Counted from the stretch's first letter, positions 37,901-52,534 are shown. The stretch: DNA of 64,000 nt from Balanoglossus misakiensis (GCA_040954595.2 CM082596.2:10064461-10128460); one strand, 5' to 3'. Notes: generated from the letters alone by a model not told the origin. Made by a program: numbers and translations.

Positions 37901-40900
37901 TGATAATTATGGCAATGACCCTTGAACTACTTGGATATGTCTCTTGATAAACAGCCAAACAGTCATGATTGTGTTCACACGAGTTTTATTGCTGCCAGGA
38001 CATAACCCAAATATTTTGATAATTTTGGCAATGACCCTTGATCTACTTGGATATGTCTCTTGTTAAAAAGCACAACAGTCAGGATTTTGTTCACATGAGT
38101 ACTATTGCTGGCAGGACATAACCAAACTATTTTGATAATTTTGGCAATGACCCTTGATCTACTTAGATATGTCTCTTGATAAAAAGCACAACAGTCATGA
38201 TTGTGTTCACACGAGTTTTATTGCTGCCAGGACATAACCCAAATATTTGGGTTATGACCCTTGATCTACTTAGATATGTCTCTTGATAAAAAGCACAACA
38301 GTCATGATTGTGTTCACACGAGTTTTATTGCTGCCAGGACATAACCCAAATATTTTTATAATTTTGGCCATGACCCTTGATCTACTTGGATATGTCTCTT
38401 GATAAAAAGCACAACAGTCATGATTGTGTTCACATGAGTTTTATTGCTGCCAGGACATAACCCAAATATTTTGATAATTTTGGTAATGACCCTTGATCTT
38501 CTTGGATATGTCTCTTGTTAAAAAGCACAACAGTCATGATTGTGTTCACACGAGTTTTATTGCTGCCAGGACATAACCCAAATATTTTGATAATTTTGGC
38601 AATGACTCTTCATCTACTTGGATATGTCTCTTGTTAAAATGCACAACATACATGATTTTATTCACATGAATTCTATTGCTGTCAGGACATAACCCAAATA
38701 TTTTGATAATTATGGCAATGACCCTTGAACTACTTGGATATGTCTCTTGATAAACAGCCCAACAGTCATGATTGTGTTCACACGAGTTTTATTGCTGCCA
38801 GGACATAACCCAAATATTTTGATAATTTTGGCAATGACCCTTGATCGACTTGGATATGTCTCTTGTTAAAAAGCACAACAGTCATGATTTTGTTTACGTG
38901 ACTACTATTGCTGCCAGGACTTAACCCAAATATTTTGATAATTTTGGCAATGACCCTTGATCTACTTGGATATGTCTCTTGATAAAAAGCACAACAGTCA
39001 TGATTGTGTTCACATGAGTTTTATTGCTGCCAGGACATAACCCAAATATTTTGATAATTTTGGTAATGACCCTTGATCTTCTTGGATATGTCTCTTGTTA
39101 AAAAGCACATCAGTCATGATTTTGTTAACATGAATTTTATTGCTGCCAGGACATATACCAAATATTTTGATAATTTTGACAATGACTCTTGATCTACTTG
39201 GATATGTCTCTTGTTAAAAAGCACAACAGTTATTATTTTGTTCACATGAGTTTTATTGCTGACATGACATAACCCAAATATTTTGATAATTTTGGCAATG
39301 ACCCTTGAACTACTTGGATATGTCTCTTGTTAAAAAGCACAACAGACATTATTTTGTTTACGTGACTACTATTGCTGCCAGGACATAACCCAAATATTTT
39401 GATAATTTTGGCAATGACCCTTGATCTACTTGGATATGTCTCTTGTTAAAAAGCACAACAGTCATGGTTGTGTTCACACAAGTTTTATTGCTGCCAGGAC
39501 ATAACCCAAATATTTTTTATAATTTTGGCCATGACCCTTGATCTACTTGGATATGTCTCTTGTTAAAAAGCACAACAGTCATGATTTTGTTTACGTGACT
39601 ACTATTGCTGCCAGGACTTAACCCAAATATTTTGATAATCTTGGCAATAACCCTTGATCTACTTGGATATGTCTCTTGATAAAAAGCACAACAGTCATGA
39701 TTGTGTTCACACGAGTTTTATTGATGCCAGGACATAACCCAAATATTTTGATAATTTTGGCCATGACCCTTGATCTACTTGGATATGTCTCTTGTTAAAA
39801 AGCACAACAGTCATGATTTTGTTTACGTGACTACTATTGCTGCCAGGACTTAACCCAAATATTTTGATAATTTTGGCAATGACCCTTGATCTACTTGGAT
39901 ATGTCTCTTGATAAAAAGCACAACAGTCATGATTGTGTTCACACGAGTTTTATTGATGCCAGGACATAACCCAAATATTTTGATAATTTTGGCCATGACC
40001 CTTGATCTACTTGGATATGTCTCTTGTTAAAAAGCACAACAGTCATGATTTTGTTTACGTGACTACTATTGCTGCCAGGACTTAACCCAAATATTTTGAT
40101 AATTTTGGCAATGACCCTTGATCTACTTGGATATGTCTCTTGATAAAAAGCACAACAGTCATGATTGTGCTCACATGAGTTTTATTCCTGCCAGGACATA
40201 TACCAAATATTTTGATAATTTTGGCAATGACTCTTGATCTACTTGGATATGTCTCTTGTTAAAAAGCACAACAGTCATTATTTTGTTCACATGAGTTTTA
40301 TTGCTGCCAGGACATAACCCAAATATTTTGATAATTACGGCAATGACCCTTGATCTTCTTGGATATGTCTCTTGTTAAAGAGAACAACAGTCATGATTGT
40401 GTTCACACGAGTTTTATTGCTGTCAGGACATAACCCAAATATTTTGATAATTTTGGCAATGACCCTTGATCTACTTGGATATGTCTCTTGTTAAAAAGCA
40501 CATCAGTCATGATTTTGTTAACATGAGTTTTATTGCTGCCAGGACATACACCAAATATTTTGATAATTTTGGCAATGACTCTTGATCTACTTGGATATGT
40601 CTCTTGTTAAAAAGCACAACAGTCATTATTTTGTTCACATGAGTTTTATTGCTGCCAGGACATAACCTAAATATTTTGATAATTATGGCAATGACCCTTG
40701 AACTACTTGGATATGTCTCTTGATAAAAAGCCCAACAGTCATTATTTTGTTCACACGAGTTTTATTGCTGCCATGACATAACCCAAATATTTTGATAATT
40801 TTGGCAATGACCCTTGAACTACTTGGATATGTCTCTTGTTAAAAAGCACAACAGTCATTATTTTGTTCACATGAGTTTTATTGCTGCCAGGACATAACAC

Positions 40901-43900
40901 AAATATTTTGATAATTTTGGCAATGACCCTTGATCTACTTGGATATGTCTCTTGTTAAAAAGCACAACAAGTCATTATTGTGTTCACATGAGTTTTATTG
41001 CTGCCGGGACATAACCAAAATATTTTGATAATTTTGGCAATGACCCTTGATCTACTTGGATATGTCTCTTGTTAAAAAGCACAACAGTCATGATTTTGTT
41101 TACGTGACTACTATTGCTGCCAGGACATAACCCAAATATTTTGATAATTTTGGCAATGACCCTTGATCTACTTGGATATGTCTCTTGTTAAAAAGCACAA
41201 CAGTCATGATTGTGTTCACATGAGTTTTATTGCTGCCAGGACATAACCCAAATATTTTGATAATTTTGGTAATGACCCTTGATCTTCTTGGATATGTCTC
41301 TTGTTAAAAAGCACAACAGTCATGATTGTGTTCACACGAGTTTGATTGCTGCCAGGACATAACCCAAATATTTTGATAATTTTGGCAATGACCCTTGATC
41401 TACTTGGATATGTCTCTTGTTAAAAAGCACATCAGTCATGATTTTGTTAACATGAATTTTATTGCTGCCAGGACATATACAAAATATTTTGATAATTTTG
41501 GCAATGACTCTTGATCTACATGAGTTTTATTGCTGACATGCCATAACCCAAATATTTTGATAATTTTGGCAATGACCCTTGATCTACTTGGATATGTCTC
41601 TTGTTAAAAAGCACAACAGTCATGATTGTGTTCACACAAGTTTTATTGCTGCCAGGACATAAGCCAAATATTTTTTATAATTTTGGCCATGACCCTTGAT
41701 CTACTTGGAAATGTCTCTTGTTAAAAAGCACAACAGTCATGATTTTGTTTACGTGACTACTATTGCTGCCAGGACTTAACCCAAATATTTTGATAATCTT
41801 GGCAATGACCCTTGATCTACTTGGATATGTCTCTTGATAAAAAGCACAACAGTCATGATTGTGTTCACACGAGTTTTATTGCTGCCAGGACATAACCCAA
41901 ATATTTTGATAATTTTGGCCATGACCCTTGATCTACTTGGATATGTCTCTTGTTAAAAAGCACAACAGTCATGATTTTGTTTACGTGACTACTATTGCTG
42001 CCAGGACTTAACCCAAATATTTTGATAATTTTGGCAATGACCCTTGATCTACTTGGATATGTCTCTTGATAAAAAGCACAACAGTCATGATTGTGCTCAC
42101 ATGCGTTTTATTGCTGCCAGGACATATACCAAATATTTTGATAATTTTGGCAATGACTCTTGATCTACTTGGATATGTCTCTTGTTAAAAAGCACAACAA
42201 GTCATTATTGTGTTCACATGAGTTTTATTGCTGCCAGGACATAACCAAAATATTTTGATAATTTTGGCAATGACCCTTGATCTACTTGGATATGTCTCTT
42301 GTTAAAAAGCACAACAGTCATGATTTTGTTTACGTGACTACTATTGCTGCCAGGACATAACCCAAATATTTTGATAATTTTGGCAATGACCCTTGATCTA
42401 CTTGGATATGTCTCTTGTTAAAAAGCACAACAGTCATGATTGTGTTCACACGAGTTTTATTGCTGCCAGGACATAACCCAAATATTTTGATAATTTTGGC
42501 AATGACCCTTGATCTACTTGGATATGTCTCTTGATAAAAAGCACAACAGTCATGATTGTGTTCACATGAGTTTTATTGCTGCCAGGACATAACCCAAATA
42601 TTTTGATAATTTTGGTAATGACCCTTGATCTTCTTGGATATGTCTCTTGTTAAAAAGCACAACAGTCATGATTGTGTTCACACGAGTTTGATTGCTGCCA
42701 GGACATAACCCAAATATTTTGATAATTTTGGCAATGACCCTTGATCTACTTGGATATGTCTCTTGTTAAAAAGCACATCAGTCATGATTTTGTTAACATG
42801 AATTTTATTGCTGCCAGGACATATACCAAATATTTTGATAATTTTGGCAATGACTCTTGATCTACATGAGTTTTATTGCTGACATGCCATAACCCAAATA
42901 TTTTGATAATTTTGGCAATGACCCTTGATCTACTTGGATATGTCTCTTGTTAAAAAGCACAACAGTCATGATTGTGTTCACACAAGTTTTATTGCTGCCA
43001 GGACATAACCCAAATATTTTTTATAATTTTGGCCATGACCCTTGATCTACTTGGATATGTCTCTTGTTAAAAAGCACAACAGTCATGATTTTGTTTACGT
43101 GACTACTATTGCTGCCAGGACTTAACCCAAATATTTTGATAATCTTGGCAATGACCCTTGATCTACTTGGATATGTCTCTTGATAAAAAGCACAACAGTC
43201 ATGATTGTGTTCACACGAGTTTTATTGCTGCCAGGACATAACCCAAATATTTTGATAATTTTGGCCATGACCCTTGATCTACTTGGATATGTCTCTTGTT
43301 AAAAAGCACAACAGTCATGATTTTGTTTACGTGACTACTATTGCTGCCAGGACTTAACCCAAATATTTTGATAATTATGGCAATGACCCGTGATCTTCTT
43401 TGATATGTCTCTTGTTAAAGAGCACAACAGTCATGATTGTGTTCACACGAGTTTTATTGCTGTCAGGACATAACCCAAATATTTTGATAATTTTGGCAAT
43501 GACCCTTGATCTACTTGGATATGTCTCTTGTTAAAAAGCACATCTGTCTTGATTTTGTTAACATGAGTTTTATTGCTGCCAGGATATACACCAAATATTT
43601 TGATAATTTTGGCAATGACTCTTGATCTACTTGGATATGTCTCTTGTTAAAAAGCACAACAGTCATTATTTTGTTCACATGAGTTTTATTGCTGCCAGGA
43701 CATAACCTAAATATTTTGATAATTATGGCAATGACCCTTGAACTACTTGGATATGTCTCTTGATAAAAAGCCCAACAGTCATTATTTTGTTCACATGAGT
43801 TTTATTGCTGCCATGACATAACCCTTATATTTTGATAATTTTGGCAATGACCCTTGAACTACTTGGATATGTCTCTTGTTAAAAAGCACAACAGTCATTA

Positions 43901-46900
43901 TTTTGTTCACATGAGTTTTATTGCTGCCAGGACATAACCAAAATATTTTGATAATTTTGGCAATGACCCTTGATCTACTTGGATATGTCTCTTGTTAAAA
44001 AGCACAACAGTCATGATTTTGTTTACGTGACTACTATTGCTGCCAGGACATAACCCAAATATTTTGATAATTTTGGCAATGACCCTTGATCTACTTGGAT
44101 ATGTCTCTTGTTAAAAAGCACAACAGTCATGATTGTGTTCACACAAGTTTTATTGCTGCCAGGACATAACCCAAATATTTTGATAATTTTGGCAATGACC
44201 CTTGATCTACTTGGATATGTCTCTTGATAAAAAGCACAACAGTCATGATTGTGTTCACATGAGTTTTATTGCTGCCAGGAAATAACCCAAATATTTTGAT
44301 AATTTTGGTAATGACCCTTGATCTTCTTGGATATGTCTCTTGATAAAAAGCCCAACAGTCATTATTTTGTTCACATGAGTTTTATTGCTGCCATGACATA
44401 ACCCTAATATTTTGATAATTTTGGCAATGACCCTTGAACTACTTGGATATGTCTCTTGTTAAAAAGCACAACAGTCATTATTTTGTTCACATGAGTTTTA
44501 TTGCTGCCAGGACATAACCAAAATATTTTGATAATTTTGGCAATGACCCTTGATCTACTTGGATATGTCTCTTGTTAAAAAGCACAACAGTCATGATTTT
44601 GTTTACGTGACTACTATTGCTGCCAGGACATAACCCAAATATTTTGATAATTTTGGCAATGACCCTTGATCTACTTGGATATGTCTCTTGTTAAAAAGCA
44701 CAACAGTCATGATTGTGTTCACACAAGTTTTATTGCTGCCAGGACATAACCCAAATATTTTGATAATTTTGGCAATGACCCTTGATCTACTTGGATATGT
44801 CTCTTGATAAAAAGCACAACAGTCATGATTGTGTTCACATGAGTTTTATTGCTGCCAGGACATAACCCAAATATTTTGATAATTTTGGTAATGACCCTTG
44901 ATCTTCTTGGATATGTCTCTTGTTAAAAAGCACAACAGTCATGATTGTGTTCACACGAGTTTTATTGCTGCCAGGACATAACCCAAATATTTTGATAATT
45001 TTGGCAATGACCCTTGATCTACTTGGATATGTCTCTTGTTAAAAAGCACATCAGTCATGATTTTGTTAACATGAATTTTATTGCTGCCAGGACATATACC
45101 AAATATTTTGATAATTTTGGCAATGACTCTTGATCTACATGAGTTTTATTGCTGACATGACATAACCCAAATATTTTGATAATTTTGGAAATGACCCTTG
45201 ATCTACTTGGATATGTCTCTTGTTAAAAAGCACAACAGTCATGATTGTGTTCACACAAGTTTTATTGCTGCCAGGACATAACCCAAATATTTTTTATAAT
45301 TTTGGCCATGACCCTTGATCTACTTGGATATGTCTCTTGTTAAAAAGCACAACAGTCATGATTTTGTTTACGTGACTACTATTGCTGCCAGGACTTAACC
45401 CAAATATTTTGATAATCTTGGCAATGACCCTTGATCTACTTGGATATGTCTCTTGATAAAAAGCACAACAGTCATGATTGTGTTCACATGAGTTTTATTG
45501 CTGCCAGGACATAACCCAAATATTTTGATAATTTTGGTAATGACCCTTGATCTTCTTGGATATGTCTCTTGTTAAAAAGCACAACAGTCATGATTGTGTT
45601 CACACGACTTTTATTGCTGCCAGGACATAACCCAAATATTTTGATAATTTTGGCAATGACCCTTGATCTACTTGGATATGTCTCTTGTTAAAAAGCACAT
45701 CAGTCATGATTTTGTTAACATGAATTTTATTGCTGCCAGGACATATACCAAATATTTTGATAATTTTGGCAATGACTCTTGATCTACATGAGTTTTATTG
45801 CTGACATGACATAACCCAAATATTTTGATAATTTTGGAAATGACCCTTGATCTACTTGGATATGTCTCTTGTTAAAAAGCACAACAGTCATGATTGTGTT
45901 CACACAAGTTTTATTGCTGCCAGGACATAACCCAAATATTTTTTATAATTTTGGCCATGACCCTTGATCTACTTGGATATGTCTCTTGTTAAAAAGCACA
46001 ACAGTCATGATTTTGTTTACGTGACTACTATTGCTGCCAGGACTTAACCCAAATATTTTGATAATCTTGGCAATGACCCTTGATCTACTTGGATATGTCT
46101 CTTGATAAAAAGCACAACAGTCATGATTGTGTTCACATGAGTTTTATTGCTGCCAGGACATAACCCAAATATTTTGATAATTTTGGTAATGACCCTTGAT
46201 CTTCTTGGATATGTCTCTTGTTAAAAAGCACAACAGTCATGATTGTGTTCACACGACTTTTATTGCTGCCAGGACATAACCCAAATATTTTGATAATTTT
46301 GGCAATGACCCTTGATCTACTTGGATATGTCTCTTGTTAAAAAGCACATCAGTCATGATTTTGTTAACATGAATTTTATTGCTGCCAGGACATATACCAA
46401 ATATTTTGATAATTTTGGCAATGACTCTTGATCTACATGAGTTTTATTGCTGACATGACATAACCCAAATATTTTGATAATTTTGGAAATGACCCTTGAT
46501 CTACTTGGATATGTCTCTTGTTAAAAAGCACAACAGTCATGATTGTGTTCACACAAGTTTTATTGCTGCCAGGACATAACCCAAATATTTTTTATAATTT
46601 TGGCCATGACCCTTGATCTACTTGGATATGTCTCTTGTTAAAAAGCACAACAGTCATGATTGTGTTCACACGAGTTTTATTGCTGCCAGGACATAACCCA
46701 AATATTTAGATAATTTTGGCCATGACCCTTGATCTACTTGGATATGTCTCTTGTTAAAAAGCACAACAGTCATGATTTTGTTTACGTGACTACTATTGCT
46801 GCCAGGACTTAACCCAAATATTTTGATAATTTTGGCAATGACCCTTGATCTACTTGGATATGTCTCTTGATAAAAAGCACAACAGTCATGATTGTGCTCA

Positions 46901-49300
46901 CATGAGTTTTATTGCTGCCAGGACATATACCAAATATTTTGATAATTTTGGCAATGACTCTTGATCTACTTGGATATGTCTCTTGTTAAAAAGCACAACA
47001 GTCATTATTTTGTTCACATGAGTTTTATTGCTGCCAGGACATAACCCAAATATTTTGATAATTTTGGCAATGACCCTTGATCTTCTTTGATATGTCTCTT
47101 GTTAAAGAGCACAACAGTCATGATTGTGTTCACACGAATTGTATTGCTGTCAGGACATAACCCAAATATTTTGATAATTTTGGCAATGACCCTTGATCTA
47201 CTTGGATATGTCTCTTGTTAAAAAGCACATCAGTCATGATTTTGTTAACATGAGTTTTATTGCTGCCAGGACATACACCAAATATTTTGATAATTTTGGC
47301 AATGACTCTTGATCTACTTGGATATGTCTCTTGTTAAAAAGCACAACAGTCATTATTTTGTTCACATGAGTTTTATTGCTGCCAGGACATAACCTAAATA
47401 TTTTGATAATTATGGCAATGACCCTTGAACTACTTGGATATGTCTCTTGATAAAAAGCCCAACAGTCATTATTTTGTTCACATGAGTTTTATTGCTGCCA
47501 TGACATAACCCAAATATTTTGATAATTTTGGCAATGACCCTTGAACTACTTGGATATGTCTCTTGTTAAAAAGCACAACAGTCATTATTTTGTTCACATG
47601 AGTTTTATTGCTGCCAGGACATAACACAAATATTTTGATAATTTTGGCAATGACCCTTGATCTACTTGGATATGTCTCTTGTTAAAAAGCACAACAGTCA
47701 TTATTGTGTTCACATGAGTTTTATTGCTGCCAGGACATAACCAAAATATTTTGATAATTTTGGCAATGACCCTTGATCTACTTGGAGATGTCTCTTTTTA
47801 AAAAGCACAACAGTCATGATTTTGTTTACGTGACTACTATTGCTGCCAGGACATAACCGAAATATTTTGATAATTTTGGCAATGACCCTTGATCTACTTG
47901 GAGATGTCTCTTTTTAAAAAGCACAACAGTCATGATTTTGTTTACGTGACTACTATTGCTGCCAGGACATAACCGAAATATTTTGATAATTTTGGCAATG
48001 ACCCTTGATCTACTTGGATATGTCTCTTGTTAAAAAGCACAACAGTCATGATTGTGTTTAAATGAGTTTTATTGCTGCCAGGACATAACCCAAATATTTT
48101 GATAATTTTGGCAATGACTCTTGATCTACTTGGATATGTCTCTTGTTAAAAAGCACAACAGTCATGATTGTGTTCACATGAATTCTATTGCTGTCAGGAC
48201 ATAACCCAAATATTTTGATAATTTTGGCAATGACCCTTGATCTACTTGGATATGTCTCTTGTTAAAAGCACAACAGTCGTGATTTGTTCACACAAGTACT
48301 ACTGCTGCCAGGGCATAACCCAAATATTTTGATAATTTTTGCAATGACCCTTGATCTACTTGGGTATGTCTCTTGTCAAAAAGCACAGCAGTCATGATTT
48401 TGTTCACATGAGTTTTATTGCTGCCAGGACATAACCCAAATATTTTGATAATTTTGGCAATGACCCTTGATCTACATTTCCAAAACTTGGTATGCACAGC
48501 AGATACAGCTTTTAAATTTAGAGGACCGGAACACCTAATGAAATACATGTATTAACCTTAACACAATAATTATGTATATAAGCTATTTAAAGTTAACCAA
48601 TAAAGCGTAGAAGTCTGCTTGTTGTTGGACACTGATCAGTTTGGTATCAAATTTTGTTGGCACATTTTGCATCACCTCTGGCGTACTTTACCATTTCTAG
48701 GCATCCACAACAGATACAGCCTTCACTTTCTGTTGGAACCATGCTAACCACTTTGGCCACTCCAATGCTGCTTGTAGCTCTAATTGTCTTCTTAATGGCA
48801 GCCATATTGGATTTTCTAATAACTTTTAAAAGTTGACATTTTCATAATCTACAGGGCCAATCAAATTGTAGTTTACTGTAGGGTTGAAAGTTTGACAAAA
48901 ATATCATTAGTGGTCATGTGACTTTGGGTGCCTTATTAGATTTTTTAAAAATCTCATTAAAAAATTACAAAAAATCTTTTTCTAATCTAGTTTTCAAGTG
49001 AATTGTGTTTGGCTAAACCTTATTGGAGTCAAATTGGATTTTCTGAACAACGATTTAAAACTAAGATTTCCTATTTCTGGCCTACTCATTAATTATTCGT
49101 GGATATGCCTCTTGTTGAAAAGCACAATGGTGATGATTTTTTTCACACGAATAGTACTGCTGCCAGGACATAACCCAAATTTTTTGATAACATTGGCATT
49201 GAACTTTGAAGTTTGGCACCTGTATTCTTTTCTGAATATCTTATGGCGCCTAGACTAATAGCACTAGAGGTTTGGTTTTTGATGTATATGGACAAGTATG
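34925..49300 (+). repeat. Diverged ~0.8-0.9-kb tandem units (Helentron-like core) hosting the 116-bp satellite
   Basis: Units start at ~34925, ~35825, ~36657 (interrupted by the satellite, resuming 48476) and ~49100; paralogous ORF-track peptides at 35204/36105/48654 and 35557/48998. Confidence 0.85.
36652..48475. repeat. 116-bp satellite array, roughly 100 copies (~11.8 kb)
   Basis: Monomer GGATATGTCTCTTGTTAAAAAGCACAACAGTCATGATTTTGTTCACATGAGTTTTATTGCTGCCAGGACATAACCCAAATATTTTGATAATTTTGGCAATGACCCTTGATCTACTT; e.g. starts at 37237 and 37353. Confidence 0.99.
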
Positions 49301-49315
49301 GGACTTAGCTTTTTT

Positions 49316-52063
49316 TAGGGGCACAAGCCTATCGGGCTTGTGCCCCTATTGGTATTGTTGGAATTTTTACGGGCCCAAGCCAAGCCAGGCTTGGGCCCGT
49401 ATTGGTTTCGCTGGGGTTTTTCTGTCTTTCTTTCTTTCTTTATTCTTGGTTCCATTCTTTATCGCTCTAGATCTCAAACACCGCTGCAGGTACAGTTCTC
49501 AAACTTGCTACAGTGGTCAAGGTCAATGAGTAGATGTGCAGTGACTTGTGAATACTTAATTAGTCACGTGACATGGCGGCCATCTTGGATTTTCTGAAAA
49601 AATGCAAATCTCAGATCTCAGAAACTGCAAGTCAGATCGACTTCAAATTTGGCATGCTGGTAGACTACCTTCTGCCCATCATTTTTGTAATTGGAAATTA
49701 TGCTGACAAAGTTGCCGTTTTTTTGCTACAATTTTTTTTCTGAAATCTGGCCTAAATTTCAAAAATCTTCTTCTCCAGAACCGGTGATAACCGAGACACG
49801 GGGTTTGGGGTATGTGGTCACCTAACTGATGTCTATCAAGTTTGCGAAGATCATAGTGATTGGTCCAAGATTATGGCGGCCATATTGGATTTTCGAAAAA
49901 CCCTAGTAAAATTTGAAAAATCTTCTACTCAAGAACCGGTGATAACCGAGTCACAAGATTTGGTGTGTGTGGTCATTAAACAGATGTCTATCAAGTTTGC
50001 GAAGATGAATGTGATTGGTCGAAGATTATGGCGGCCATATTGGATTTTGTGAAAAACGATTAAAAAGTAAAAATTCCCTTTCTAGCCTAATAATTGATAG
50101 CACAGAAATTCTTTTTATGCATATGAATCATCATATGACAAGAATAAGCTATAAATATTTTGGTAATTTTGGCAATGACCTTTGACCTACTTTTGACGCA
50201 TCATTTTTCTGCATATCTAATTCCAGGCTAACCAATAGGGCTATAAGTTTGGTTTTTGATGTATGTGGATTTGTATGTGATCAAAAAATTTTGCTACTTC
50301 TCATGACCCCTTTGACCTCTGCTGACCTCATTAAATATGCACATACCTAATTAATGATGAACCAATAGACCTTGAGGTTTTGTTTTTGTTATACAGTATG
50401 GGGTCAAAATATTTTGCCCAAATGTTGGGTGACCTTGGGTGACCTTTGACCTACTTTTGCATATCTCGACATCCACAGCAGATACAGCCTTGGCGTTTGG
50501 AGGTATGGGGCCATAATGAAAAGCCAAAGTTTTGGGTCACCTGTGACACCTGCTTAACTCATTATTTATGTGCATACCTAATTCCAGGCTAACCAAAAGG
50601 GCTAGAGGTCTGGTTTTTTTTGGACATGGACCACTATGGGTCAAAATTTTCTGCCCAAATTGTGGGTGACCCCTGGGAGACCTTTGACCTACTTTACACT
50701 ATATCAACACCAAACATAGATATAACCTTGATATTTCATGGGATAAAACAGAGCATTATGTTTCTACTCATTAATTATGTGCATATCTAATATCAGATCA
50801 GATAATAGAGCTTGGGCCCGGACAATGCTGCTTGCAGCTTTAATTCTTATTATTATTATTATTATTATTATTCTTCCGAGAAATATGTCATTGTAGATCT
50901 GGAAAACCGCAGCACCTAGGGGGCCGAAACTTGGTAGGGTGGTAGGGGCCAATGAGTAGATGTGCAGTGGCTCGTGAATATTTAATTAGTCACGTGACCT
51001 GGCGGCCATATTGGATTTCCTGAAAATCGTTAAACAGTCCTTCTCAAAAACCACTGGGCTGATCGAGTTCAAATTTGGTGTGCAGGTAGCCTACCTTATG
51101 TCCATCATTTTACCCTATTAAAATCATGACGTCATGCATAAAGTTTTTTTGCTACAATTGTTTTTCTGAAAAACAACTTAAAACTTTAAAAATCTTCTTC
51201 TCCAGAACCAGCGATTGCCGAGTCACGGGATTCGGGGTATGTGGTCACCTAACCTATGTCTATCAAGTTTGCGAAGCGCACTGTGATTGGTCGATCATTA
51301 TGGCGGCCATGTTGGATTTTCGGAAAACCATTGAAAAATGAAAATTCCGTTTTGTAGTCAAAATGTTGACAGCACGGAAATTCTTTTTTTGGATATGAGT
51401 CATCATATGACCGGAAGTTGTCACAATTTTTCGGGGCAATTTTCACATGACCTTTGACCCAGTTTTAAAACAACTAATTATATATGCATATTCCCCATAC
51501 CTCCTCTTGTCAAAGCACCACAGTCATGAATTTTGTGGACATGGGTACCAATGCTGCCAGGACATGACACAAATATTTTGGTAATTTTGGCAATGACCCT
51601 TGACCTATTTCTGAAACATCATTTTTCTGCATATCTAATTCCATGCTACCCAATAGGGCTAGAGGTCTGGTATTGGTTGGACATGGCCCACTCTGGGTTC
51701 AAAATTTTATGCCCAAATTGTGGGTGACCTTGGATGACCTTTGATCTACTTTCCCATATCTCAGCATCCAGAGCAGTTAGAGCCCTGGCTTTTATGGGGA
51801 TTGAGCACATAATGGAGTCTTACACAAGACTTCATTAATTATGTGCATACCTAATTGCAGGCGAACCAATAGGGCTAGGGGTCTGGTTTTTTGTTGGATC
51901 TAGACTAGTATGGGGTCCAATTTTTTTGCCCAAATTTGGGGTGACCTCAGGTGACCTTTGACCTACTTTCCCATATCTTGGTATCCCCAGCAGATACAGC
52001 CGTGGCATTTGCTGGTCACCATGGGAACCGCTTGTGCCCTGCCAACGCTGCTTGCAGCTTTAA
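49316..52063 (+). mobile_element. Non-autonomous Helentron (HINE/DINE-1-like), outer element, split by an insertion
   Basis: 5' hairpin TAGGGGCACAAGCC..GGCTTGTGCCCCTA; (TTA)n microsatellite at ~50847-50872; 3' subTIR GCTTGTGCCC (52030) plus stem-loop GCTGCTTGCAGC and TTTAA; T-rich target. Confidence 0.85.
49366..50843 (+). mobile_element. Non-autonomous Helentron (HINE/DINE-1-like), inner and complete
   Basis: 5' hairpin TACGGGCCCAAGCC..GGCTTGGGCCCGTA; (CTTT)n; internal repeats; 3' subTIR GCTTGGGCCCG (50810-50820) plus GCTGCTTGCAGC stem-loop. Confidence 0.88.
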
Positions 52064-52534
52064 TGTTACATTTGGAATCCACTGGACCAATGTTGAGCTT
52101 ATTAAATATGTGAATAACTAATGCTGAGCTTACCTATATTGTTACAGGTTGAATTTTTTATTAACATGCTCTACTATTGGACTTAATCTGAATTTCTTGA
52201 CCAATGATAACCTTCAAATTTTGAGGGCTGGAACACCTAATTACCAGGTTAACCAATAGAGCCAGAAGTCGTGTTTTCATTTTATGCTGATTATTTTGGA
52301 AGAAAAAATTGTTGACAATTTTGGGTGAGCTCTTGGTGACCTTTGATCAGCTTTCCTATTTACATAGCAGATACAGCATTGGCACTCTCTGGTATCCATA
52401 GGAACTGCTTTGACCTAGCCAATGTTGGTTGCACCTTAATTGCACCGCAGTATGTTGGTTTGGGCGAGCTTGCCACATTAATCCTATCATTATCATTGAT
52501 TTTATTGATTTCATGTTTTTAATTCTTTCATTCT

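Noticed and set aside
36652-48475. CRISPR-like array
   Set aside because: Contiguous 116-bp monomers with no unique spacers, no cas genes and a eukaryotic context
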